A stretch of 64,000 nucleotides of DNA, taken from assembly GCA_963809485.1 (NCBI GenBank), contig CAWEJX010000008.1, positions 192,001 through 256,000 on the forward strand, in the 5' to 3' direction. A program made the position numbers and the translations under genes. Source of the stretch: an uncultured Acidobacteriota bacterium. GTDB taxonomy: Bacteria > Acidobacteriota > UBA6911. Positions 1 through 9,243 of this stretch are shown piece after piece. The notes beneath the pieces are model-generated. The model was not told where the DNA came from. It worked only from the letters and a program-made list of their open reading frames with translations, and ran no database searches. Each line of letters starts with the position of its first letter. The stretch's first letter is position 1.

Positions 1-2137
1 CTGCAGGCACTGCCTGCGCCGAACCGACATTGAACCGCTGAAGGCCCAGGAAATTATAGGTGTAGAACGGTTTTCCATTCTTGAAATAGAGGCTCCAGCC
101 TCCGAAACGTCCGCCCTGAGCAAGGATCACGCCGTTGGCGCTACCCTGCGGAATTTCAACGATGGCGTTTATGGTTAGAGAGCGGTTCTTTACATTGATA
201 AACACATTCTCCGACATTCCCTTCATGCCCGGGTAAAGTGCAAGCGACATGCGGCCTCCCATGAGGTCCGGCCGGCCGGCCAGTTCAGCATTGACGCGTT
301 CGACGACCCGGTCGTCGATGGGGAGCACACGATATTTCACCGCCTCTTTCATGAAAAGGTCCTGCAATTCCTTCAGCTTCGTTGGATTCTGAGCTGCCAG
401 ATCGTTGGCCTGGCTGAAGTCGACTCGCGTGTCGTAAAGCTCCCACTTGTCGTCAAGAAGCGCCACGCGGGGCTTCATCTCCCACGGGGCTCTGTGGAGG
501 GTTCCCGCAAACCACCCGTCGGCGTAAATGGCGCGGTTGCCGAACATCTCAAAGTACTGGATCTTGTGGCGGCTGTCCGCCTTGGCATCATCGAAGGTAT
601 ACATTATGCTCACGCCCTCGATCGGCGTCTGCGGCGTGCCGTTGACGATCTTGGGCTCAGGCAGGCCTGCCGCTTCCAGCACCGTGGGCGCAACATCGAT
701 GACGTGGTGGAACTGTGAGCGAATTTCGCCCTTGGCTGTGACTCGCTTCGGCCACTGGACTATCATCCCGTTCCGCGTTCCGCCGAAATTCGACGCGACC
801 TGTTTGGTCCATGTGAACGGCGTATCGCCTGCAACCGCCCAGCCCGCAGCCATGTGCGGATACGACATCGGCCCGCCCAGATCGTCATAGTGCTTCAGGA
901 TGTCCGCCACGTTTTCCTGAACGCCATTGAAATAGGTCATCTCACTGAACATGCCGCTCATGCCGCCTTCGGCACTCGTGCCGTTGTCGCCGAGGATGTA
1001 GAACACCAGCGTGTTTTCAAGTTGGCCAATTTCCTGGACTGCGTCTACAAGCCGGCCGATCTCAGTATCGGCGTATTCGCCAAAACCCGCGAAGATTTCC
1101 ATCTGGCGCGTGAAGAGCTTCTTTTCGTCCGCGGAAAGCGTGTTCCAGTCTTTAATCGCTTCAGGCTTTGGTGCGAGCTTCGTCCCCGGCGGCACGACGC
1201 CCAGCTTGATCTGGCGCGCAAGGACCTCTTCGCGCATCACGTCCCAACCCTGGTTAAACTTGCCTTTGTACTTGGCGATCCATTCCTTCGGCACGTGGTG
1301 CGGGGCGTGCGTTGCGCCCGGGGCGAAGTACATAAAAAACGGTTTGTCCGGCGTCAGAGACTTCTGGAACCGCATCCAATCAACGGCTTTGTTTGTCATG
1401 TCGGTCATGAAGTGGTAGTTCGGGTCCTTTGGGATTTCGACCGGATTCATTCCGTGGTAGAGGAACGGCGCCCACTGGTTGGTCTCGCCGCCGAAGAAGC
1501 CATAGAACTCGTCGAAGCCGGACCGTGTCGGCCAGCGGTTGGTGGGACCGGAGGGGCTGACTTCCCAGGGCGCGGTCTCGTGGTTTTTGCCGAAGAAGCC
1601 CGTGCTGTAGCCGTTCAGCCGCAGCATCTCCGCAAGCGGCGCCACGTTGTTCGGGCGCTGCCCCGTGTTCCCCGGGAACGCGGTGGCCGTCTCGGTGATC
1701 CCGCCCATGTTGTTCATGTGGTGGTTGCGGCCGCTAAGCAGCGCCACCCGCGTCGGCGAACTCACCGCGGTTGTGTGGAAGTGGTTATAGCGCAGCCCGG
1801 CCTGAGCCATGCGCTCGGCGGTCGGCATGTGGATCGGTCCGCCGAAAGCGCTCGGCATGCCGAATCCCATGTCATCGATGAGCACAATGAGCACGTTCGG
1901 CGCACCGGCGGGAGGCTTTACCTCGAAGCGCGCCGGCGGTGTGGCCTTCCGGGCATCGAGTTCGGTTTCGTGCGCGTAATCGGGCTCCGCTATGGGCAGC
2001 ACCGTCCGGTCGAGCGAATCGGTCTGGTGTTTCGTCCCCGGTGCGGTGGTTGATTGCTGCCGGTTCTGACAGGCCCATGTGCCGGTCAACCCGACAGCCA
2101 TCATCCCGAGCACTATCGGTTTCTTTCCTCGTTTCAT
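1..2137 (-). CDS. Arylsulfatase (formylglycine-dependent, Ser-type), probable lipoprotein; runs off the left edge of the window
   Basis: Manual translation from ATG 2137: MKRGKKPIVLGMMAVGLTGTWAC..PNVLIVLIDDMGFG..FHTTAVSSPTRVALLSGRNHH..GYSTGFFGKNHE, i.e. the sulfatase [C/S]xPxR and GKxH motifs. AGGAG RBS upstream. Absent from the ORF track because there is no stop in the window. Confidence 0.9.
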   Translation of the reverse strand, partial: MKRGKKPIVLGMMAVGLTGTWACQNRQQSTTAPGTKHQTDSLDRTVLPIAEPDYAHETELDARKATPPARFEVKPPAGAPNVLIVLIDDMGFGMPSAFGGPIHMPTAERMAQAGLRYNHFHTTAVSSPTRVALLSGRNHHMNNMGGITETATAFPGNTGQRPNNVAPLAEMLRLNGYSTGFFGKNHETAPWEVSPSGPTNRWPTRSGFDEFYGFFGGETNQWAPFLYHGMNPVEIPKDPNYHFMTDMTNKAVDWMRFQKSLTPDKPFFMYFAPGATHAPHHVPKEWIAKYKGKFNQGWDVMREEVLARQIKLGVVPPGTKLAPKPEAIKDWNTLSADEKKLFTRQMEIFAGFGEYADTEIGRLVDAVQEIGQLENTLVFYILGDNGTSAEGGMSGMFSEMTYFNGVQENVADILKHYDDLGGPMSYPHMAAGWAVAGDTPFTWTKQVASNFGGTRNGMIVQWPKRVTAKGEIRSQFHHVIDVAPTVLEAAGLPEPKIVNGTPQTPIEGVSIMYTFDDAKADSRHKIQYFEMFGNRAIYADGWFAGTLHRAPWEMKPRVALLDDKWELYDTRVDFSQANDLAAQNPTKLKELQDLFMKEAVKYRVLPIDDRVVERVNAELAGRPDLMGGRMSLALYPGMKGMSENVFINVKNRSLTINAIVEIPQGSANGVILAQGGRFGGWSLYFKNGKPFYTYNFLGLQRFNVGSAQAVPA

Positions 2138-2301
2138 GTCTTTCTCCTGGTATTAGGATTTGTATTTCCGTGTTCACTCAAATACGGGTTTAGATTTTGG
2201 AGACCGCCGCTCGGACGATATTTGCTCTTGCTTAACCCAAACATTCCAAAGACCTTAATTGAGATCTTCGACGTCCTTGCGGGCTGGATCCTTCCGGCGT
2301 C

Positions 2302-3087
2302 CTAAAATTTAAAAGCCGCCCCAAGAACAATGGCTTGGGTAATGACATCGTACTTGAACTGTTGGCCTTCGCTCCCGGTGGCGTAATCCAAACTCAGGAT
2401 TCGATAGCCAATCCCGAGCGTGGCGCGCTTGCCCACATCGACGCCGATTACGGGCCATAGCTGCCATGCGAAATCTGAGCCGGCACCGAATCCGCCGATG
2501 TCTCCCTCAAATGTGAAACTCCATGGGCCACCAAGGCGCTGCTTCAGCTTCAGACCGACGATGGGATCGACCCACTGCTTGGTTGCCTCAAAAACGCCCT
2601 GAAGAGGCGGTTCCTTGAAATCGAGCTTGCCCTGAAGGACGTTCCAGCGTGCACCGAAAATTAGGTCGACCTTCTCGTTCAGCTGGCGCAGTCCCATGAA
2701 CGTATATGCCCCCTGGTTGAAATCCAGGTTTGCAGAAGGCTGGTCCACGTCCGTACCCAACGCCATGTAAACCGCATCTGCCCCTATGCCCCATTGGGCT
2801 TTGCGCGCCTCGAAGTAACCCATCCCCCCGAACTGGAGATTCTTGAAAATATCGATCGCCGATATGTCCACCTCGATCTCATTGCCTCTGATTGCCGTCT
2901 TGCCGTCCATCCGGGCGAACAGAAGGTAGGGGGCCAACGTAAATTTCCATTCATCAGAGCTTGTCCCGCTGCTGCTTGGAGACTGGGCAAACGCAGGAGA
3001 TGGGATGACTGACATAAGCACGAGGGTTGCCAGGATAGCACCCATGATAAACCGGAGTTGCCGCTTTTGGTTCAACACTGTATCCAC
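2302..3087 (-). CDS. Outer-membrane beta-barrel protein, paralogue A
   Basis: Signal peptide (..SPAFAQ), amphipathic strands, C-terminal Phe (AFKF). Closely similar to 8212-8994. Confidence 0.75.
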   Translation of the reverse strand: MDTVLNQKRQLRFIMGAILATLVLMSVIPSPAFAQSPSSSGTSSDEWKFTLAPYLLFARMDGKTAIRGNEIEVDISAIDIFKNLQFGGMGYFEARKAQWGIGADAVYMALGTDVDQPSANLDFNQGAYTFMGLRQLNEKVDLIFGARWNVLQGKLDFKEPPLQGVFEATKQWVDPIVGLKLKQRLGGPWSFTFEGDIGGFGAGSDFAWQLWPVIGVDVGKRATLGIGYRILSLDYATGSEGQQFKYDVITQAIVLGAAFKF

Positions 3088-3175
3088 TGTTTGTCGACCT
3101 CCTTTTTTTCTGCGCAGAGCAGGCGATGCTCAACGCTAGCCCGCAAGGACCGAGGCTTCCAAAGGATCTGGCTGG

Positions 3176-3508
3176 CTAGGCCCCGCTGCTGGTACGTAAC
3201 TGCCGGATTAGGTCCAGGCCCTGAGTATCAGAAACCCGGTGAAACCGGATCTCCGGAGCCTTTCTCGAAAGCTCGGCGGCGGAAAGAATGCGAAGATAGA
3301 GACCCGAACGAATATGCTCATAAAGTGCAGCTTCGCTTTCCCACTGCTCGGAAAACAAAACGGAGCCGCCCATGCCGATTTCAGTGTAAATCTCGCAAGA
3401 CAGGCATCCAGGTTGAGCCCTAACCCGCCCTTGGATCGATTCTAACATTTCGAGCACCTCAGGACGCTGCTTCGCAAGAGGCGCAATTTTGAAAGTTGAG
3501 ATGATCAC
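3176..3508 (-). CDS. Antibiotic-biosynthesis-monooxygenase (ABM/putative quinol monooxygenase) domain protein
   Basis: 110 aa with RAQPGCLSCEIY..EQWESEAALYEHIRS, the typical ABM pattern. Confidence 0.8.
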   Translation of the reverse strand: MIISTFKIAPLAKQRPEVLEMLESIQGRVRAQPGCLSCEIYTEIGMGGSVLFSEQWESEAALYEHIRSGLYLRILSAAELSRKAPEIRFHRVSDTQGLDLIRQLRTSSGA

Positions 3509-3520
3509 GGATAGAATCTA

Positions 3521-3538
3521 AGGCAATAACTGTACCAG
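3521..3538 (-). promoter_or_regulatory. Candidate sigma-54 (-24/-12) promoter for the ABM/OMP/sulfatase genes
   Basis: Minus strand TGGTACAGTTATTGCCT = GG-N10-GC, one mismatch to TGGCAC-N5-TTGC. Next to a sigma-54 activator gene. Confidence 0.65.
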
Positions 3539-3733
3539 CCAATTTTCTGGCAGGCAGAGCAATCCCTATGTCCTTGTCGCGTAAGTTAAAAGAGAAAATC
3601 GGGTGGGAATGGGTAAGAAATCAGGACCTGCAAGAAAAAGACGGAATGCCGCCCTTAAGTTGGGATGCCGTCTTTATTGTCCTGAAAACAAAAAAGTGAC
3701 TCAGAGACACAGGGATTGACCTGAGGTTATTGC

Positions 3734-6115
3734 TTAAGACTCGTTTTCCTTCTGTCGGCGGCCGGGGATGCCCAGTTTCTGCATTCGTGTATAGAGTGTC
3801 GAGGGTTTGACTCCAAGTATATCAGCCGCGCCTTTCGAACCCTTGATGCGCCAATCGGTTCTCTCGAGCGTCCTGATAATGTGCTCGTACTCGATTTCTG
3901 CAAGGCTTTGACCTGGCATGGTGGTTCCCGTGGCAGTATCGTCCACCATCGGCACGATCAGCGTATGACCGGTGGTGAGAATGGCGCCGTGTTCGATCAC
4001 GTTCCGCAACTGGCGCACGTTACCCGGCCAGGGATGACGCTGCAGGGCTTCCATTGTCTTGCGTGAAACCTGGGTTATCTTCTTCCCCATTCGTGAGCAG
4101 AATTCATCGAGGAAAGCCCAGACCAGTAACGGAATGTCTTCGGCCCGCTCGCGCAGAGCCGGCACTCGTATGGGAAAGACATTGAGGCGATAGTAGAGGT
4201 CTTCCCGGAAGCGTCCCTTTCGCATATCTTCGGACAGGTCGCGATTTGTGGCCGCAATCAAGCGGACATTGACTTTGATGGTTTTGGGACTCCCAAGCCG
4301 CTCGAACTGTCCTTCCTGCAACACTTGCAGCAGCTTCGATTGCACTTCGAGCGACAGCTCGCCGACCTCATCGAGAAAGATAGTGGAGCCGTCTGCGACC
4401 TCGAAGCGTCCGACCTGGCGCGTCAATGCCCCGGTGAAGGCGCCTTTTTCGCGGCCGAACAGTTCGCTTTCCACCAGGCCGGACGGCAGAGCGGCGCAGT
4501 TGACCTTGACCATCACGCGGCTTTTGCGAGGCCCAAGCCGGTGAATGGCCTGGGCAATGAGTTCCTTGCCGGTGCCGGTTTCGCCGCAGATGAGCACCGA
4601 GGAATCCGTCGGCGCGACCTGTTCCACCTGGCGCAGCACTTTCTTTATGGCTGCGCTCTGCCCGATAATCTGGTCGTGGGCTATTGTCTGTCTGATCTCG
4701 GCTTTGAGGTAGTCGCTTTCCGCCTGTAACCGGTCTTTCAATCGCTCGATTTCGGCATACGACTGTCGTAGTGCCTCCACGGCCTTCCTGTTCTCAGTGA
4801 TGTCGCGGATAACTCCGATCAGGTGGACTGCCTTTCCGCCGGCGTCGCGAATGTCGATGCGAGCCAGGTGATGCAGCCACCTTAGGCCAAGATCCGGATG
4901 CATATAGCGATACTCCATCGAGATCCGGTCCGTACGCCCATCTTCCAATTGGAGACGCGCATCCAGGATACCCTGGCGGTCGTCGGGGTGCAGGTGCTCC
5001 GTCCAAAATTCAATGAGCTGGGCGCCGTGGCCGGTTCCCGGAGGCATGCCAAGAAGGGTGCGGGCCCGTCCGTCCATGTAAGTAATGCCTTTGCCATAGA
5101 CTATTTCCAGAAAACCCAGACCGGCCAGGTCGACTCCCGAAGCGAGGCGGGCCTCGCTTGCCCGGGATGCCTCTTCCGTATGTTTGCGATCCGTGATGTC
5201 TATGGTGACCCCCATCAGACGCTCCGGCTCACCATCGGCCTTGAAGTAAGGCCGCCCGCGGGAATGGACCCAGCGTACGCATCCGTCACCCCTTAGAATC
5301 CGGTATTGGGCGTTCACCATTTCAGGTTGATTCCTGGACCGTTCGATGGTTTGTTGAACGAGTTCCAGATCCTCCGGCAGGACAGAGGCTTCGAATCGTT
5401 CCATATCGATGGCCTCTTCCGGGCCATACCCGAAGATCGCCCTGGTCCTGTCCGTAACCCAGAAAGCGCGCGCGCTCCAATCAAGGACCCAAAGTCCCGC
5501 CTCGGCGGAATCGGCGGCCAGGGCCAGGCGAGCCTCGCTCTCGCGCAAGACCTCCTCCGAGCGTTTGCGGCCAAGCGCGTTGGCAAACACCTTTGCCGCC
5601 AGTTGAAGCCGATCCACTATCTCCGCCGGCCAGGTGTGTTCCTCCAGCATGCTGTGGAAGGAAACAAGTCCAAAAGGCGGCCCTGTTCCAACCCAGAGCG
5701 GAAAGTTAGCAAGGCTCTTGATCCCAAAGTATTCAAGGGATTCCCGGTCCCGGGCTGCCTCGGCGGGCAACTCTGCAGTGGTAGAAAGAGCCACGACTTT
5801 CCCTGCCAGCAACTGGTTCATGAGCCACGGGAAATAGTCCGAGGCGTTCATCGGATCCGGCACCGGAGGATCTTCAAAGCGCCGAAAAAGGTGGGTAAGC
5901 GTCAAAAAACCCTTGTTCTCGGTCGACCACTGCCAGAGCGCAGACAGGTCCAATCCGAGCTGATCGCAGATCCGGCGCAGAGCCTCTTGGATTTCCCGGT
6001 CCACATCCCCCAGATCGAGACCAGTGAATCGCGACGAGATATCGGCCAGTAGCATTTCGAGCTGCATCCGCGCTTCAAAACCTTCGCGCCTGCCGGTTTT
6101 TTGCGGGGTCATCAA
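3734..6115 (-). CDS. Sigma-54-dependent enhancer-binding regulator (GAF-PAS-PAS-AAA+-HTH, FhlA-like)
   Basis: GETGTGKE Walker A, ESELFGREKGAFTGA, FLDEVG Walker B, FREDLYYRLNVFP, C-terminal Fis-type HTH; N-terminal GAF and PAS repeats. Confidence 0.93.
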   Translation of the reverse strand: MMTPQKTGRREGFEARMQLEMLLADISSRFTGLDLGDVDREIQEALRRICDQLGLDLSALWQWSTENKGFLTLTHLFRRFEDPPVPDPMNASDYFPWLMNQLLAGKVVALSTTAELPAEAARDRESLEYFGIKSLANFPLWVGTGPPFGLVSFHSMLEEHTWPAEIVDRLQLAAKVFANALGRKRSEEVLRESEARLALAADSAEAGLWVLDWSARAFWVTDRTRAIFGYGPEEAIDMERFEASVLPEDLELVQQTIERSRNQPEMVNAQYRILRGDGCVRWVHSRGRPYFKADGEPERLMGVTIDITDRKHTEEASRASEARLASGVDLAGLGFLEIVYGKGITYMDGRARTLLGMPPGTGHGAQLIEFWTEHLHPDDRQGILDARLQLEDGRTDRISMEYRYMHPDLGLRWLHHLARIDIRDAGGKAVHLIGVIRDITENRKAVEALRQSYAEIERLKDRLQAESDYLKAEIRQTIAHDQIIGQSAAIKKVLRQVEQVAPTDSSVLICGETGTGKELIAQAIHRLGPRKSRVMVKVNCAALPSGLVESELFGREKGAFTGALTRQVGRFEVADGSTIFLDEVGELSLEVQSKLLQVLQEGQFERLGSPKTIKVNVRLIAATNRDLSEDMRKGRFREDLYYRLNVFPIRVPALRERAEDIPLLVWAFLDEFCSRMGKKITQVSRKTMEALQRHPWPGNVRQLRNVIEHGAILTTGHTLIVPMVDDTATGTTMPGQSLAEIEYEHIIRTLERTDWRIKGSKGAADILGVKPSTLYTRMQKLGIPGRRQKENES

Positions 6116-6435
6116 ATTCCTCCGGGATTCTGCATGATTTTATCACAGGGAACCCGCAATCCGGATGAGCCCTGAGACTCTGTTTCCCGCGATCGTTTCT
6201 TGGCCCCAAAATCCGCCAAATCACATCTGGATGAATCCCATAGATCACGACGACTCAGAATCGTTTTGAGCTGAACGATTCAAGCTTACGCGTGTCAACC
6301 TCATTCCCGCCAAAACCCAACTTCACCAAAGTGCAGTATCCTTAGGCCGGCAGATCTGCAATATTTCAATTTTCGGCGGTAGCGCGACAACCGGTCCAAT
6401 TGCCGCCGGGATCCCAAAACGAAGGAGGTCATTTC

Positions 6436-6558
6436 ATGAAGGCAATCACAGTAGAACCAAAGTAGCCAGGATCCGCATGTCTTGAAGATATCCCGGAGCC
6501 TGACATAGATAACGGCTCCGTGCTGGTTCAAGCCAATAGAATTGGACACGGATTTTAA
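6436..6558 (+). pseudogene. 5' remnant of a Zn-dependent glucose 1-dehydrogenase gene
   Basis: AAGGAGG RBS, then [32 protein letters not shown], matching the N-terminus of 24348-25398 ([33 protein letters not shown]). In-frame TAG, then truncation. Confidence 0.85.
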
Positions 6559-6606
6559 CGGATTATCATGGATACAAATCCGTGAGGATCAGTGAAAGCC
6601 TGTAGC
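6546..6606. repeat. CACGGAT..ATCCGTG palindromic intergenic repeat
   Basis: cacggattttaacggat..atccgtgaggatcagtg; related copies at about 51064-51120, 57918-57968 and 61937-61979. Confidence 0.6.
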
Positions 6607-6673
6607 CAAATCGCTTTTCGGAATCTCAGCGTAAATTATACCGCCCAACAACTCCGGGCTGATTATTTCCGGG

Positions 6674-7447
6674 TCAGAAGTAAAGGTTGACCACTGCTCC
6701 CACGGCATTCACCGTCCGGTTCGGACTCCCGCCAGAGTCATTCTGATGCTCAAAATACCCCTCGAGTTCGACATGTTTGGTTATGGGAAAAGCCGAACCG
6801 CAGATCAGCGACGTCCGGCTCACTTTGTCATGCCTGCTGTCATAGTAGATTTCACCCCGGGCGTAGGGATTGAACCTGAACTGCTTGATCGTGAACTCCT
6901 TTTCGACAGTCAGCCTATTGCGATAGCGCCAGGAGAATTCTCCTTCAATGGACCGCAAATCCATGCGATGTCGATCAGAGACGAGTACTCCAAGCGCCAA
7001 AGGGTGGCGAGTCGTTGCCTCCAGCACTCCACGGTGCTCAACGGAAGCGTCACCCGTGTACGGCCGTATAAAACGGTACCCGATCCTCAGCATCAGTAGC
7101 CGGTTCTTGGATTCATCCAGGGAGAACATGCCCCACCTTTTCGCCTTCCGCAGCGGCTTGAGGTAGAAATCAAAATTCGGGCCGTATTCTCCTTCCGTAG
7201 AATCGGTATCTTCTTTGACGGTCGTTGCCAGGAAGTAGAAGCGCATCTGATCCGTCAGCTTTACGAACGTGCTGACCTCAGGCCAGACCTGGTTGCTTTG
7301 CGCCCGGGCAGGAATCTCCAAGAGCAGGATCAGTAGCGCAACCCGTATCGGCCAGCGCCAAGCTACCGTGATTGCCGCCGCAGACAGCCCATCCCTGCGA
7401 AGAGCTGCGCGGCTGATGCCGTTCGCCATAAATTCGCTCGAACTCAT
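6674..7447 (-). CDS. DUF2490-like outer-membrane protein
   Basis: Signal-like segment, DRHRMDLR..WRYRNRLTVE pattern, terminal LYF. Confidence 0.65.
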   Translation of the reverse strand: MSSSEFMANGISRAALRRDGLSAAAITVAWRWPIRVALLILLLEIPARAQSNQVWPEVSTFVKLTDQMRFYFLATTVKEDTDSTEGEYGPNFDFYLKPLRKAKRWGMFSLDESKNRLLMLRIGYRFIRPYTGDASVEHRGVLEATTRHPLALGVLVSDRHRMDLRSIEGEFSWRYRNRLTVEKEFTIKQFRFNPYARGEIYYDSRHDKVSRTSLICGSAFPITKHVELEGYFEHQNDSGGSPNRTVNAVGAVVNLYF

Positions 7448-7480
7448 CGTAACCTGAAGTCCGCTCCCGAAGGACGATGT

Positions 7481-8008
7481 CTATGCGCCCAGCGGCGCTA
7501 CACCGTAGGTTCGTGCCAGGTCGTTAATGGCGCTGCGAAGCACTCCCCAGTAGCGCTCAGCTTGCGTTCCATAATTGCCTCGGACCATGACTTGATTGAT
7601 GCGTCGGCCATCCTCCACCACCTGTTCTACCTGGACTTTGGTCTCCATCCACTTGTCGGTGGCGTCGAATTTGCGCCGCAACCGGTTGGTGGAGCGGTTC
7701 ATATCATCCAGCGCGTCCTCAAGATCATCCTTTGTATCCTTAGCTTGATCCTTGCGTGCTTCTGTATTGGATGGATTCGTGCGCGTACGGCGCGTTGTTT
7801 TGCCACTGCTTTGAGCCGATTCCGCGCGGCTCTTCGCGTCCTCTCCGCGCTTTTTTGCCCAATCCCGGAACTCGTCCAAACCATCTTCGACTTTGCGGAT
7901 ACGGTCGGCGACATACACCTTGGTAAAGGTGCCTTGTCCCAGAACGGGCCATGCAAACGACACTGCAAATACAAGTAAGGCCAGACTTATTTTTGTAATG
8001 CGACTCAT
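7481..8008 (-). CDS. Secreted helical hypothetical protein
   Basis: Signal peptide followed by a charged coiled region; GAGG RBS upstream. Confidence 0.65.
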   Translation of the reverse strand: MSRITKISLALLVFAVSFAWPVLGQGTFTKVYVADRIRKVEDGLDEFRDWAKKRGEDAKSRAESAQSSGKTTRRTRTNPSNTEARKDQAKDTKDDLEDALDDMNRSTNRLRRKFDATDKWMETKVQVEQVVEDGRRINQVMVRGNYGTQAERYWGVLRSAINDLARTYGVAPLGA

Positions 8009-8082
8009 ACTTTTTCCCCCCTCAAGTAGGAGTATAGCTTTTTCCCTTCCCGCATGGATGTCAGAAACAATCCCGTGGGCAT

Positions 8083-8178
8083 AGACGTGGATGTAGACAT
8101 ATTCGGATTATGTCTTTGCCATCCATTCCGTCTGAAAAGGCCGTCCACGTTCACAACTATGTCAACGTCTCCCTCTAC
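8083..8178. repeat. Degenerate GTGGAC/GTCCAC hairpin element
   Basis: gacgtggatgtagac..aaaaggccgtccacgttcacaac; same family as 37770-37866 and 38008-38112. Confidence 0.6.
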
Positions 8179-8211
8179 GCTCTAGGAACAAGGACCATAG
8201 TTCCGGGCGTC

Positions 8212-8994
8212 CTAAAAATTAAAGGACAGCCCAAAAACCATGGCTTGAGTGATGACATCGTACTTGAAGTACTGGTTGTCGCTCCCGGTGTCATAATCCT
8301 CACTCAGGACCCGGTAGCCGACCTTGACCGCCGTTCGCTTGCCTATGTCAATGCCGATTGTCGGAAACAGATTCCATGCGAAGTCTGAGCCGGCGCCGAA
8401 TCCGCCGATGTCTCCCTCAAATGCGAAGCTACATGGTCCGCCGAGGCGCTGCTTGAGCTTCAGGCCGACGATGGGATTGACCCACTGCTTGGTTGCTTCG
8501 AATTTGCCCGTAAGCGGCGGTTCCTTGAAATCGAGCTTTCCCTGAAGTATATTCCATCGCGCCCCGAAGACGAGGTCAACCTTCTCGTTCAGCTGGCGCA
8601 GCCCCAGGAACGTGTATGCATGCTGGTTGAAATCAACGTTTGCGGAAGGTCTGTCTAAATCGGTGCCCAACGCCATATAGACCGCATCCACGCCTATCCC
8701 CCATTGGGCCTTGCGCGCTTCAAAATATCCCATCGCACCGAACTGGAGATTTTCGAAAATCTTGCTTGGCGGAACGTCTACTTCATGTTGAAGGCCTCTA
8801 ACTGCAACCTTGCCGTCCATCCAGGGAACCAGAACGTAGGGAGCCGCCGTAAACTTCCATTCATCCGGGCTCGTCCCGCTGTTTGTCGACTGGGCAAGTG
8901 CGGGAGCTGGGATGACTGGCAGAAGCACAAGAATTGTCAGGATGACGCCCAGAATGAACTGGAATCGCCGATATGGATTCAACGCAATATTCAT
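8212..8994 (-). CDS. Outer-membrane beta-barrel protein, paralogue B
   Basis: Near-duplicate of 2302-3087 (shared NLQFG.MGYFEARKAQWGIG and FEGDIGGFGAGSDFAW). Confidence 0.75.
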   Translation of the reverse strand: MNIALNPYRRFQFILGVILTILVLLPVIPAPALAQSTNSGTSPDEWKFTAAPYVLVPWMDGKVAVRGLQHEVDVPPSKIFENLQFGAMGYFEARKAQWGIGVDAVYMALGTDLDRPSANVDFNQHAYTFLGLRQLNEKVDLVFGARWNILQGKLDFKEPPLTGKFEATKQWVNPIVGLKLKQRLGGPCSFAFEGDIGGFGAGSDFAWNLFPTIGIDIGKRTAVKVGYRVLSEDYDTGSDNQYFKYDVITQAMVFGLSFNF

Positions 8995-9027
8995 TTTCTT
9001 TTGATCACCTTTCTTTATGGGTTGAAA

Positions 9028-9225
9028 CTAGACTCTCTGTGTTTCCAGCGTGCTCTGGGCAAGAGCGGGATTGATGCTGTACACGGCATCATATTGAGCA
9101 AGATGGACCCCACCGGTTAGCTCTTCGAGAAGGTGCGACCGTTTCAGACGGTCCATGACCGGGACCTTCACCTCGGACAGGTGCAGCGTGAACCCCCCTT
9201 CCTTGAGCCGCTGATTGATGGCGCC
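9028..9225 (-). pseudogene. C-terminal STAS remnant of a second SulP-family gene
   Basis: Manual translation AINQRLKEGGFTLHLSEVKVPVMDRLKRSHLLEELTGGVHLAQYDAV..*, a typical SulP STAS tail. No start codon; lies just downstream of the full-length SulP. Confidence 0.75.
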
Positions 9226-9243
9226 GAAGCCTCGAGCTTGGCA

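Noticed and set aside
6463-6465. In-frame TAG at a Lys position as pyrrolysine or stop recoding
   Set aside because: The homology ends about 25 codons later and TAG is used as a normal stop elsewhere in the window, so this is a pseudogene stub.
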